A program made the translations under genes and the position numbers. From the NCBI RefSeq assembly GCF_006345805.1, contig NC_042999.1, positions 151,714,001 through 151,778,000 on the forward strand: a stretch of 64,000 nucleotides of DNA, in the 5' to 3' direction. The stretch's first letter is position 1. Each line of letters opens with the position of its first letter. Shown here piece after piece: positions 47,306-59,391 of this stretch. The notes beneath the pieces were generated by a model. That model made no database searches. It saw only the letters and a program-made list of their open reading frames with translations, and was not told the origin of the DNA. Source of the stretch: Octopus sinensis (Eukaryota).

Positions 47306-48417
47306 ATGAATAACAAAAACTGGCATAACAATGTCATCATCAACCTCTCAAGAGCAAAGGAAATGCTCTAGAAAAAAAGCAATAATGCAAGCATCAAATC
47401 AATGAACTAGGTTATACAAGTAATAGAATGAGTGTGCATGTGTTTATTACATTGAAGACATTCCTGTGTTTGAGTTCAGTCTTTTCTTCATAAATGAATG
47501 TTTGTACTTCCTTAATCTTTTATGCTTCTTTTGGAACAATAAAGTTTCATAGACAATCAACATTTCCAAACCTTTTCTGTTTTAATTTTTGGATGAAGTA
47601 ACTGTAACAGTGTTTCTTTTGTTACTGTGTTTTTATTGTTAGTAGTAAGGATCATGAAATACATAATATGAAACCAGACCAAACAGAAAAACATTAATTA
47701 CTAACACGGCCATATTACATAATGTTCCATAAAACAAAATCACCGATACATTAAAAAATTAAGAATGGAAACTTTATCAATAACAAAATACAAACCAAAA
47801 ATTAACATGCAGCACAACACTAGTAATAAGCTAAGAACAGTAGGTGATGCTTATTAAAAGTAATTAGAATTTATGGTTAAAATTTTAAATCTGGCAATGG
47901 TGATTTTTATCAGTAACAGTGTCTTTTCCATGATCTTTGCAGCTGACTATAAAAACAGAGCAATAAAAAATACCACTAACAACCACTTCATTTTGGTAAA
48001 GCAAAAAGGGGGCACTATGCAAGATTCTAACATCATGGTTTATGTGTCATTGTTGCTGTTGTTTAAACCAAATCAATGCTGATCAAGTAAACCTATAATT
48101 AAGGACTCCCCCCCACTGGATCATCCCGTTTTGGTTTAATCCCCATCTCTAACCATCTGTTACAATATTTTCACACTCTTATGAAATCACCCCACCCTGC
48201 TATCCCTGATCCATCGTCCATATTCTCCCTTGTACTCATCTTCTTGTAGGTTGGGAGTTTGCTCTAGGATCCCCCTTTCCTTGCCTTGTAAATTACTTGG
48301 CAACTTCACTCACTAGGGCTGGTGCTATGATAAAAGCACCCAGTGTACTTTGTAAAGTGAGTGGACTAAGAAGGACATCCATCTGTGGAAACCATGTCAA
48401 AGCCAATATTGGTACTC

Positions 48418-48647
48418 GGCGGTGAGCTGGCAGAATCGCTAGTACGCCGGGTGAAATGCATAGCGATATTTTGTCTGTCTTTATGTTCTGAGTTCAAATT
48501 TCGCCGAGGTCGACTTTGCCTTTCTTCCTTTTGGGGTCAATTAAGTAAGTACCAGTTATGTACTGGGGTCGATGTAATCGACTTAATCTCTTTGTCTGTC
48601 CTTGTTTGTCCCCTCTGTGTTTAGCCCCCAGTAGGCAATAAAGAAAT
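48418..48647 (+). mobile_element. Family B SINE (B2 tail) with 13-bp TSD, inserted into an old RTE tail
   Basis: AATATTGGTACTC duplicated at 48405-48417 and 48648-48660; host RTE-tail fragments on both sides (48320-48410, 48660-48740). Confidence 0.9.
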
Positions 48648-49852
48648 AATATTGGTACTCAACACAGTCCTGTGGCTCAGTGGACTCTATCAAACCATTC
48701 AACCCAAGCCAGAATGGAACATGGATGTGAAATGATGACTTTATTATCTAGTATGTTGTTCCTTTTTTTTTCTAAAAAATTAGGTATTATTTGAAGCATA
48801 TTTCACTGCTATTTTTAGCAAGTCTAGCAACAACACAGTACTTTCTTCATTGGTTCACCATGGTTTATATAATTGTCTTTGGTAGATATTCTCCTGTTTA
48901 TTAGCAGAAGAAAGTGATAAATCTTGTTCAATGCAAGATTAACTTTCACTCGGCTGGTGAAACAGCATTTACTGCAGACTTACAGCTGTCAAAACACTTT
49001 CTTTCCCCCCCCCCCGTACATGTTACATAATCTAGTTATCACATAACAATCTAGCTGTCACATAATGTAGTCGTAAACTAATGTTTGAATTTAGTTACAC
49101 AGAGAATACAATTCAAAAATCCTCAGTAATAACAAGATATGTTTTCATCTTGAGTACTTTCATAATAATAATCTTTACACTGCTCATTGACTAAACTGCT
49201 ACTAAGAAGATAAATCATTGAAATTAATAGCTCTCAGTCAAAACCACATTTCATTAGACTTGAAAACTTTAGTATGGTTTGTAACAACAGAGCAGATTTT
49301 ATGAGCAGCCGGGAAATGTGAGAGGTGCAGAGTATCAGGATGGACATAATTGTTAGAAAGGGTTATGATTGATTGATTGATTGATTCTAGTTTCAGCTCA
49401 TGAGCTGTGGCCATGCTGGGGCAGGAAATTTTGCTGTAAACATTTTTGCCATAGGAAAATTTGTTATCATAAATTTCATTTTAAACTACTTCATTGTGTT
49501 TTGAATAAAAACTTACCTGTGTTGAATAAAGACATACCTATTTAATGTTTTTATAAAACATTTTATCATAATTTGTTTTGTATTTTAAAAAATGTGCTTT
49601 ATCATTGTCCATGTACCAAATTTGTCTTATGGAGAAATTTTCTATACATGGAAATTTCTTACGACAAATTTTCCAGACATGGTTAGAAAGGATGTGTTGC
49701 GGGACTACACTCTGATTCAAATCCCTGAATTGTTTGTAATTAGGAAATTACTTAAATCTCACGACCAAAATTCTTTAGCAAATGTCATGCATCAATTTAA
49801 TCAATGAAAAAGTGATCACCAGCTTAACAGTACAAGGGAATGTGGTCACCCA

Positions 49853-50160
49853 TATCATCATCATCATCATCATCGTTTAATGTCCATTTTCCATGCTGGT
49901 ATAGGTTGGACAGTTTGAATGGGATCTAGGAAGCCAAGAGGCTGCACCAGGCTCCAATCTAATCTGGTAATGTTTCTACAGCTGGATGCCCTTCCTAATG
50001 CCAACCACTCCAAAAGTGTAGTGGATGTTTTTTACATGCCACTGGTACAGGGGCCAAAGTGGGCTGACATAGACCACATTTGGATGGCGCTTTTTACATG
50101 CCACCAGCACAGGAGCCAATCGGGGTGAGAGGGCTAGCACCAATTATGTTTGGATGGTTT
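49853..50160 (-). mobile_element. 5'-truncated RTE 3' end
   Basis: (CAT)n-CGTTTAATGTCCATTTTCCATGCTGG...CTGGATGCCCTTCCTAATGCCAACCACTC plus two hairpin units. Confidence 0.8.
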
Positions 50161-51071
50161 CCTTTTATTGACAATGAGATAAAAAAAGAAGTCAGAAGAC
50201 TAAAAAGAGTTGCTGTTCATTTTGATTCTTCATATATTTATTGCTAAATGAGGGGGTATTTTTCTTCTCTTTTTTCCTTTTCCAATCTTGCAAGTTACTT
50301 GATAACCTCTCTGGTGTCAATGGCACAAGAAAGCAACTGGAATTTTAGCAGATTTAGTGATGACTTCAATAAAATCTAACCAATAAATTTATATGTAAAC
50401 AACTGATGAATTTTTCAAGTGATAATATCACCACAAAGGTGGAAAGCTGGCAGAATCGTTAGCACACCGGATGAAATAATTAGTGGTATTTCATCTGTCG
50501 CTACATTCTGAGTTCAAATTCCGCCAAGGTTGACTTTACCTTTCATCCTTTTGAGGTCGATAAATTAAGTACCAGTTGAGTACTGGGGTCGATGTAATCC
50601 CCTACATTTCAGGCCTTGTGCCTACAATAGAAAAGATAATGTCACCACAGACTGTCCAATCAGATTTGTTCTGAAGCATATAAAAACATACCAGATCTGA
50701 AGAGAAAAACAGAGAGAGAAAGAGAGAGGAAAGTCAGATGAGAATGAGGACTGGACACAATCACGCATTAAATTAGTTGAAGCTCAATATCAGACGTTTT
50801 TCAAGGTGCAACAGAGCGATTGAACCTGAGACCATTATAGTTGGGAAGCATGCTTCTTAACCACGCAGCTACACCTGCACCAATCTTATATAAGGATATT
50901 TTGTAATGCAACTTTTTGAACTAATTGGAATTATTTTGGAAGAATTTTCAGTCAATATCTTTTTGAAATATCAACCATGGCATTTACTTTACATACATCT
51001 ACTGATTTCAGTCACTTTTGTATACAACAATTTTTATTTTAATCACCATGGTGCTTCATGCAAGAACTCAC

Positions 51072-51118
51072 CTTGGTTCTGTGAATTCATTAACACCATA
51101 TTCAAATATTTCAGTTTC
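51072..51118 (-). CDS. Candidate 47-nt internal exon (ETEIFEYGVNEFTEP-R/S)
   Basis: Minus strand: ggtttttcagatgtgtactag|GAAACTGAAATATTTGAATATGGTGTTAATGAATTCACAGAACCAAG|gtgagt; open in phase 0. An alternative acceptor at 51129 is also open in one frame. Confidence 0.4.
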
Positions 51119-51405
51119 CTAGTACACATCTGAAAAACCATGTGTACTTACTTGTATCCAATCTTTCTAACATATATATACAGTGTTTGTTCAATTTTGT
51201 GGTATTTTCTTATGTTGAAAGTTCTTCTTGTTGGTTTTGAGGTTTGGCTTTTACAGAAATTTGGTAAGAAATTTGCTTTTCAACAACATGGTTCTAGGTT
51301 CAGTCCCACTGCATGGCACCTTGAGCAAGTGTCTTCTACTATAGCACTTGTCCATGTGAGTGGATTCGGTAGGCAGAAATTGAAAGGAGCCCATCATATA
51401 TGTGA

Positions 51406-51451
<46 letters not shown>

Positions 51452-51539
51452 GCGTGTGTGTGTGTGTCTGTTTGTCCTTCCTGCACCACAACTTGACACA
51501 AACATACAAACCACATGCTGTATATAATTTTTGTTGTAT

Positions 51540-51878
51540 TATCATCATCATCATCATTTAGCATCCGCTTTCCATGCTGACATGGGTTGGACGGTTTGAC
51601 TGAGGTCTGGAAAGCCAGTGGCTGCACCAGGCTCCAATCTGATCTGGCAATGTTTCTACAGCAGGATGCTCTTCCTAGTGCCAACCACTCCGAGAGTGTA
51701 GTGGGTGCTTTTTACGTGCTACCGACACAGGAGCCAGTCAGGCGACCCTGGCATTGATCTCGTTTGGATAGTGCTTTTTACGTGTCACCAGCATGGAAGC
51801 CAATCAGGTGGTACTGGCATCAGCCATGTTTGGATGGTGCTTTTTACATGCCACCAGTACAGGAGCCAGTCAGGCAGT

Positions 51879-51880
<2 letters not shown>
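51540..51880 (-). mobile_element. 5'-truncated RTE 3' end abutting (TA)n
   Basis: (CAT)n tail, conserved core, three hairpin units, then a long (TA)n from 51881. Confidence 0.85.
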
Positions 51881-51935
<55 letters not shown>

Positions 51936-52256
51936 AATAGGAAATAATATATAAAATATATATATTATATATTATTTACTGATTATTATTTAATTGAATG
52001 TAATGTATCCATTTCCAAGTATGTATATATACGTATATATATTTGTATGTCAGTGTTTGTCCCCCACCATCACTTGACAACTGATGTTGGTGTGTTTACA
52101 TCCTCGAAACTTAGCAGTTTGGCACAGAAGAGACCTACAGAATAAGTACTAGACTTACAAAGAATAACTCCCTGGGTAGATTTATTCGACTAAAGGTGGT
52201 GTTCCAGCATGGCCAAATTCAACTGACTGAAACAAGTAAAAGTAAAAGAATATGTA

Positions 52257-52422
52257 TACCATATTTTAATGTGTATAAGGAACCTCCTAAGTTTTGTGCT
52301 TAAAATTTGGAAAAAGGGTTTTGTAAGGGATTATAATTCTATCCATATATAAGAATCTCCCCATATTTTTTTACCTATTATTTTTATAAAAAAGGGTTCC
52401 TTATACACATTAAACTATGATG
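52257..52422 (+). mobile_element. Tc1/pogo-like MITE, copy 1
   Basis: ~28-bp TIRs TACCATATTTTAATGTGTATAAGGAACC / GGTTCCTTATACACATTAAACTATGATG. Confidence 0.7.
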
Positions 52423-53449
52423 CATATATATATATATGTATATATATATATAAAAGTAAATAAATGGCACAACGAAGCATAGGTATAATCATCATCATCA
52501 TCCGTTTTCCATACTGGCATTGGGTAGGATGGTTTGATAGGAGCTGGCCAGACTCCAATTGTCTGTTGTAGCCTAGTTTCCATGACTGGATGCCCTTCCT
52601 AATACCAAACCATGTGTGTGTGTATGTTCATGTGACTTAGTTGGCCTGAGGCTATAATAGAAGACACTTGCTCAGGGTACCACACAGTAGTACTAAACCC
52701 AGAACAATGTGATTGGAAAGCAAACTACTTACCATATAGCCATGCCTGCATCTGTTTTTGAAAAAAGAACATTTTTGTAGGAATGCGACAGCAATAATTA
52801 ATTATACATAATTTTTTCCTTTTATTTATCAAATACTATAAAAAATAGTTTAATTCTAATTTTGTTGATAGATTAATACAATAATTATTATACAACATGT
52901 ACTTAAAGAAAACAAGTTAAAACAGGATAAAATTCAAGCAAGAATATAACATCTAAAATAATACAACAGCAAGAAAAAAATAATAAATTTTAATTTACAA
53001 CAACCATGGCAATTTTATATGAATGTGTGTTTATGAATATTGGTAATTATTTTCATGTTTTAAAAAGTCTGATAATATGAGTAGGTAATGTTTGTATCAA
53101 TTGAATAATTTGTGTCGTAAAATCAAATGATTGTTGATAGAAATAAGAACCAAATATCTGTACATATATTTCAACTAGTAGAAATTATTTTGCTGAGACC
53201 AGACCAAAGCTCGTGTCTAACTGGATGAGGAAGACTAAACAGCTTGTTAACTAGAGTGGTGTCGTCATGCAGATGTTTCAAGAATTAGTTTTTGATTCGT
53301 TTAGTTAAAACATGGCTTAACAGATCACTACTTCAGGTGAAATTTCTGATTGGTTTAAATAACACACATGACAAAACAGTGGAAATAAACTTATTATAGA
53401 CATATCTGTACTCATCATCATCGTTGTCGCCGTCATCGTTGTCGTCGTC

Positions 53450-53878
53450 GTCATCATCATCATCATCATCGTTTAACGTCCGTTGTCCATGCTGGCATGG
53501 GTTGGACGGTTTGATTGAGACCTGGAGAGCCAGCGGCTGAACCAGGCTCCAATCTGATCTGGCAATGTTTCTACAGCTGGATGCCCTTCCTAACACCAAC
53601 CACTCTGAGAGTGTAGTGGGTGCTTTTTACATGCCACCAGCATGGGAGCCAGTCAGGGGGCACTGGTATCGACCATGTTTCGATTGTGCCACTGGCACAG
53701 GAGCCAGTCAGGCGGGCCTGGCATCAATCACGTTTGGATAGTGCTTTTTACATGCCACCAGCATGGGAGCTAGTCAGGCAGACCTGGCATTGATCACATT
53801 CAGATGGTGCATTTTACGTGCCACTGGCATAGGAGCCAGTCAGGGGGCACTAGCCTCAAGCACGTTTGGATGGTGCTT
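53450..53878 (-). mobile_element. 5'-truncated RTE 3' end with four hairpin units
   Basis: (CAT)n-CGTTTAACGTCCGTTGTCCATGCTGG..., units GAGCCAGTCAGG(N)ACTGG/CCTGG. Confidence 0.85.
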
Positions 53879-54787
53879 CGAGTAGGGTACCCAAAAGAAA
53901 CCAGTATTTTGCAATATTATTTTATTCACTTAGTTTTACATGTTTACATTTTTATCACCTTTAAAGTATTCTCCATTTGAAGCAATGCATTAGTCCAGGT
54001 GCATTGTCCACTGTTCAAAGCAGTGCTGGAACTCTTGCAAAGTGATGCCTTTTAACACCTCTGTCGTTTTTTTCTTCACCTCTTTCACATCTGCAAATTC
54101 CGTAGTACCAGCTTTTGTCACCAGTGGTGACCTTCAAAAAAAAGGTCTGGATTAATTTCCACCTGTTCTTTCATTTCACTACATGCATTCAGTCATGACT
54201 GTTTTTGATCTTCCATGAGCAAGTAAAGCACAAATTTTGCCGCAACTCTTTTCATTTACAATTCCTCACTCAAAATTCGTTGTCAGGAGCTCCATGACAC
54301 ACCAGTCCTATTAACAACTTCATCAATTGTTCAGTGAAGGTACTCCAAGATCAGTTCATAAATTTTCATGATGTTTACCTTTGTTTGGGAGGTTGATGGA
54401 TGCCCTAGATGAGGTTGGTCTTCAAGCGAGAAGTGACATATCCTAAAGTGTGAAAACTACTCATAAAGTTGTGTTTTGCTCATGGCAGTGCCCTTGTATG
54501 CTGTTAGAAGCATGACAGCTGTTTCGGCCACCGTTTTCCCCAGTAGAAAACAGAATTTCATGGAAGCACACTGTTCCTTTGTTTCAGCCATTGCAAAAAT
54601 TGACGAACAGGGGAGAAGCACTACAAAGCAAAGATGCACCACATGGCAGCAGGACTACACTCGATGCTGCCAGTCAGCATACTGATGCCTGAATGTCACA
54701 TCAAGTGGGTTCTAGCAGCAGAAGCCTGAACTACAACCAGCTTGTCCCATAGAGAATGTTTCTAGTTACTTTTGGGTACCCCTTCAT
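53879..54787 (-). mobile_element. Internally deleted mariner element
   Basis: TIRs share GGGTACCCAAAAG (53885-53897 and reverse at 54770-54782). Minus strand reads MAETKEQCASMKFCFLLGKT...LEDQPHLGHPST...KRVAAKFV...(K)VTTGDKSW, then jumps to the C-terminus FADVKEVK...FEQW...CIASNGEYFKGDK; most of the catalytic core is missing; several stops. Confidence 0.85.
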
Positions 54788-54903
54788 ATATTCTTTTCTA
54801 CTCTAGGCAGAAGGCCTGAAATTTTTGGGGAGGAGGCCAGTCAATTTGATCGACCCCCCGTACACAACTGGTACTTAATTTTCTGCTGATTAAATAATAC
54901 ACA

Positions 54904-54946
<43 letters not shown>

Positions 54947-54949
54947 GTG

Positions 54950-55272
54950 GTGAAGGTGCGTGGCTCAGTGGGTTAGCGTATTTGGCTCACAATCATAATG
55001 TTGTGAGTTCAATGTCTGGTGGTGTGCTGTGTCCTCCTTGAGTAAGATGCTTTATTTCATGTTGCTCCTGTCCACTCAGGTGGCAAAAACGAGGAGTATC
55101 TGTAATTCAAAGAGCCAGCCTTGTCCCATTCTGCATCACGCCGAATCTCCCTGAGAACTATGTTAATGGTTACAAGCATTTGTGGAGTGCTTAGCTGCTT
55201 GAACATTAATTTCATGAGCATTCTGTTCCATTGCTCGATCAACCAGAACACTTGCCATTATAACCAACAGAG
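54950..55272 (+). mobile_element. SINE: CORE-like head plus 'H' tail
   Basis: GAAGGTGCGTGGCTCAGTGG...GAGTTCAATG, CTTGAGTAAGATGCTTTATTTCATGTTGCTCC, then TTCAAAGAGCCAGCCTTGTCCC...CCCTGAGAACTATGTTAA. Confidence 0.7.
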
Positions 55273-55357
55273 TGTGTGTGTGTGTACGCATAATGTACGC
55301 TTGTTATCATGTCTAGTAGTAACAGAGGAAGCAGAGTTTTTATTACTAGGGGCCGAG

Positions 55358-55551
55358 TACCATATTTTAATGTGTATAAGGAACCTTTTTATCAAAAATT
55401 AGGTTAGAAAAATATGGGAGTTTCTTATACATGGATAGTATTATAATCTCTTACAAAACATTTTTTTCAAATTTTGAGCCCCCCCCCCTCCCAAAAAAAT
55501 TAGGGTTTTTTATTATACATGAAGGTTCCTTATACATGTTAAAATACGGTA
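55358..55551 (-). mobile_element. Tc1/pogo-like MITE, copy 2 (opposite orientation)
   Basis: TIRs TACCATATTTTAATGTGTATAAGGAACC / GGTTCCTTATACATGTTAAAATACGGTA; interior is the reverse complement of copy 1. Confidence 0.75.
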
Positions 55552-56841
55552 TATATATTTATTGAGGTAATCAAGAGTTAAACTTTCACCTACCCAAGTT
55601 TAACATTATTATATGACTTTGTATATCTTTTTGAATGTTTTGTATGTCTTAATGTTTACCTGATGCTTGTGTGTATCATTGTATATATGTATATAGATAC
55701 AGATGAATAAATATATTGCTAGTCAAAGTAGTCAGATAAATATTTACATATCTAAACACATGAAAGTAGAAAGAGTAATGAGGGGATGAAGAATAATATA
55801 CATACATACATACATGCATGTATGAATACACACACACTCACACACACACACACGCACACACAAAGACTGATAAAGTAAGTAAATGAATGAAAGAATGTTT
55901 GTGTATGTGTATATGTTTCTGTATATTTATGTCTGTGTTTCTGGATGTGTTAAAGGGACTAAGTTTCAGAGGAGATAACTCAAGTGGTAATGTTGCTGCT
56001 TAGTCTCTGGTCCTTTACTACAAACCCTACTTCAGGAAAATCTACAACTACCACCACCACTGCCACCAACGCCACCACCGCCGCCACCACCACCACCACC
56101 ACCAGAATCTTATCAAGAAAATTGCATCTGTTAATATTGCTCTTGTTGTAGCTCCTTGTTTCTGCTTCTGCTTCTGCTGCTGCTGCTGTTGTTATTGCTG
56201 CTGCTGGTGTTGTTTGCTGCTGCTGTCTCATCCACCATGCACCAACTTCAACTTCACACTGTTTGTTCGATTGCTCGTTATTGATCTCTCTATACGTCTC
56301 TCAATATAACAGCCCTACACCATTTCATCGCAGCCTTTACTCACCCCCATTATCTTTTCTTCTATTTGCTTACATACTGCTACATAATACTTCACTGTAA
56401 TCTTTCATTGCTATAAAATCTATTTATATTCATATCTGTCTCTCTGACTGTCTATCATCATCATCATCACCATCATCCCCACAATCATCATATTCATGAT
56501 GACGATGATGATGATGGTTATGGTGATGATTATGATGATGGTGATAGTGATGATGATATCATCACCATTGTCATCATCGTTGTCGTCATTGTCATCGTCA
56601 TCATCATCATCATATGTCTGCATTCCTTGCTGGTGTGGATTGGACTGGTTGCTGTGATCAAGGTGAGATAATGCTGTTCACCAAGACCGGTTGAAAAGAT
56701 AGCATTAGGCTCATGTTTAATTTTTGGCGATTTTTGAGTGCGTGTGTGTGTGTGTATACATTTATATTTTCAATGAAAAATATAATATTGCAATACAAAT
56801 GTATTACTTTTCCAGTAAACATTGGTGCCTTGTTGTACCAC

Positions 56842-56880
<39 letters not shown>

Positions 56881-57477
56881 TATATATAATGGGTGGGGGA
56901 CAAACACAGGCACATGAATATACACACACATGCATACATATATATACATACATATAGATATGCATACATACATACATACATACACACATATATATATATG
57001 TATATATGATAGGCCCCTTTCAGTTTCTGCCTACCAAATCCACTCAAATGACTTTGGTTGGCCTGAGGCTATAGTAGAAGACACTTGCCCAAGGTGCCAT
57101 GCAGTGGGAATGAACCTGGAGCCATGTGTTTGGTAAGCATGCTTCTTACCACATAGCCACACCTGCACCTATGTATACTACATCCAAATAATGATAGAAT
57201 GGCCATGGTGGAATGCCTTTCATCATGGATCTGTTATCCTGGAGTTAAACAACAATATAATAATGCACACACACAGACACACACACACACACAAATGCAT
57301 GCATGCGTGCATGCACATATCACATCAGTGTAGAAATAATTGTGGTTTTAATATCATCTTTCAAGTAACATGTCACTGTCAAAGCAATATATCCCAACCC
57401 CCAAAAATGTTATTAATCAAAATTTAAAAAACATTAGAATCAATACATTTTGGTCAATAGTTGCATAGAATTTTTAA

Positions 57478-57905
57478 GTCTTTTCTACTCTAGGTACAAG
57501 GCCTGAAATTTTTGGGGCCAGTCGATTAGATCGACCCCAGTATGCAACTGGTACTTAATTTATTAACCCCGAAAGGATGAAAGGCAAAATCAACCTTGGC
57601 AAAATTTGAACTCAGAACGTAAAGACAGATGAAATACCGCTAAGTATTTTGCCCAGTGTGCTAATGTTTCTGCTGCCTTGCTGCCTTAAAATATTCTTTT
57701 CTTTTCTACTCTAGGCACAGGGCCCTAAATTTTTAGAGAGGACCAGTCGATTAGATCGACCCCAGTATGCAACTGGTAATTTATTGACCCCCGAAAAAAT
57801 GAAAGGCAAAGTTGGCCTCAGTGGAATTTGAACTCAGAATGTAAAGACAGATGAAATACCATTAAGCATTTTGCCTAGATTGCTAACGTTTCTGCCAGCT
57901 TGCTG
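57478..57905 (-). mobile_element. Two tandem family B SINEs
   Basis: TTTTCTACTCTAGGTACAAGGCC... at about 57480 and TTTCTACTCTAGGCACAGGGCC... at about 57703, each ending in a TTTCTGC.AGC head. Confidence 0.85.
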
Positions 57906-58863
57906 CTTTATAGAATTCTAAAGTCTAGAAATGAATGAATTTTTCAAAGACATTTTGAGTGGCTGTTGCTGCTTGATTGTTGAAAACCTTTTCTAAGAAG
58001 TTTTGAAGAGTTTTGTAAAGTGACAGTCAATTAGAGAGAGATCTGGTGTGCAGAGCAGGTGAGAGAAATTCTTGTAGCCCAGCTTATCTTTCATCTTCTA
58101 CTTGTTTCAGTCATTAGACTGTGATCATGCTGAGGTATCACCTTGAAGAAATTTAGTTAAATGAATTGACTCCAGTATTTATTATTATTAGTATTATTAT
58201 TATTTGTGAGTGTGTGTGTATAAAGCCTGGTACTCATTCTATTGATATCTTTTGCTGAACCACTAAGTTATGGGGATGTAAACACACCAACACTGGTTAT
58301 CAAGTGGCAGTAGTGGGGACAAACAAACACACACACACACATGCATGCATGCACATGATGGGCTTCATTCAGTCTGTCTACCAAATCCTCTCACCGGAAT
58401 TTGGTTGGCCAAAGCTATAATAGAAGACACTTGTCCAAACTGCTACTTGTTTTTCATAGATCTACTTTAATAATGGCCCACAATCAGTTTTTGTTAATTG
58501 CAGGAGATCATTTGCAAACATTCCTCCTCTTCAAAACTCTCATCTCTCTACAAAAATTTCTGCTAAAGCAGACATCCTCTCTATTGTAGTAGCCCCATTC
58601 AGTCAAAGAGGATCTTAGTCTTGTGGGCTCAATGGTGACCTCACTAGTGCTGGAGCCATGGAAAAAGCACTTAGAATATATTTGTTAGTACTAACGATAT
58701 GTAGGTATGTGGTATTTTGTTATGCAACCATAATATACGATAAAGTATATTAAATGTTTTTGTAAGTCAACACCATATTCTACAGTGTTAGCAGTGCACT
58801 TTACATTATTTTATTAAGGTTATTTCTACAGATATTCTATGGAATAGTTATGATGAAGCATTG

Positions 58864-59162
58864 TGTAGAATATATTGTATAAAGGATTGTGGAGAAGGCC
58901 AGAACTGTGCAAAGTAAAAGCAAGGCAAATCAAAAGAAAACAAATATATGAATTAATGTAGATTTACCTTGCATTCAATATTTTGGGGTTATGACCCCGT
59001 CCTCAAGAACATTTGTAAATTTCTTGAGAATTTCATAACCCTGAAATATTGAATGCAAGGTAAATCTACATTAATTCATATATTTGCTTTCTTGTGAGTT
59101 GCCTTGCTTTTACTTTGCATTGTTCTGGCCTTACCCACAATCCTTTATACAGATATTCTACA
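58864..59162. repeat. ~300-bp foldback (two ~130-bp inverted arms, about 90% identical)
   Basis: Left arm 58864-58994 is the reverse complement of 59033-59162; the ~40-nt centre contains a further hairpin CTCAAGAA/TTCTTGAG. Confidence 0.9.
58971..59012 (-). ncRNA. Degenerate minimal hammerhead-like motif at the foldback centre
   Basis: Minus strand: ATGTTC-TTGAGGA-C-GGGG-TCATAA-CCCC-AAAA-TATT-GAATGC; the plus-strand arm keeps GAAA (CCCTGAAATATTGAATGC, 59039-59056). Confidence 0.35.
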
Positions 59163-59256
59163 GAAATTATAGACTGCACTGATTTTTGCTACAGCGTTTT
59201 GTGTGCAAGATCATCGTCATCTTTGTTAGATGCAAATGAACAAACAATGAGATTGG

Positions 59257-59391
59257 ACATTATTTACATTATTTACATTCAACAGATATTTGTCCTCATC
59301 TTGTTTGTTATTAACAACAAACAAGATGAAGACAAATATCCATCGAATGTAAATAATGTAAATAATTTCTCACTTCTTAAATATAGAACTG
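59257..59391. repeat. Snap-back of two inverted tails of the 34.3-34.7 kb element
   Basis: ATTTACATT..GATATTTGTCCTCATCTTGTTTGTT | ATT | AACAACAAACAAGATGAAGACAAATATC..AATGTAAATAAT..TTAAATATAGAACTG. Confidence 0.75.

Noticed and set aside
47632-47946. Possible minus-strand terminal exon (acceptor 47947, stop 47885-47887, AATAAA 47632-47637)
   Set aside because: Signals are common in AT-rich DNA, the peptide (SCKDHGKDTVTDKNHHCQI) is uninformative, and no upstream partner can be linked.
55990-56260. Poly-Pro / poly-Ala-Gln reading frames (LPPPLPPTPPPP...; MRQQQQTTPAAA...)
   Set aside because: Derived from (CAC)n/(GCT)n tracts; frames close quickly and lack convincing splice sites.
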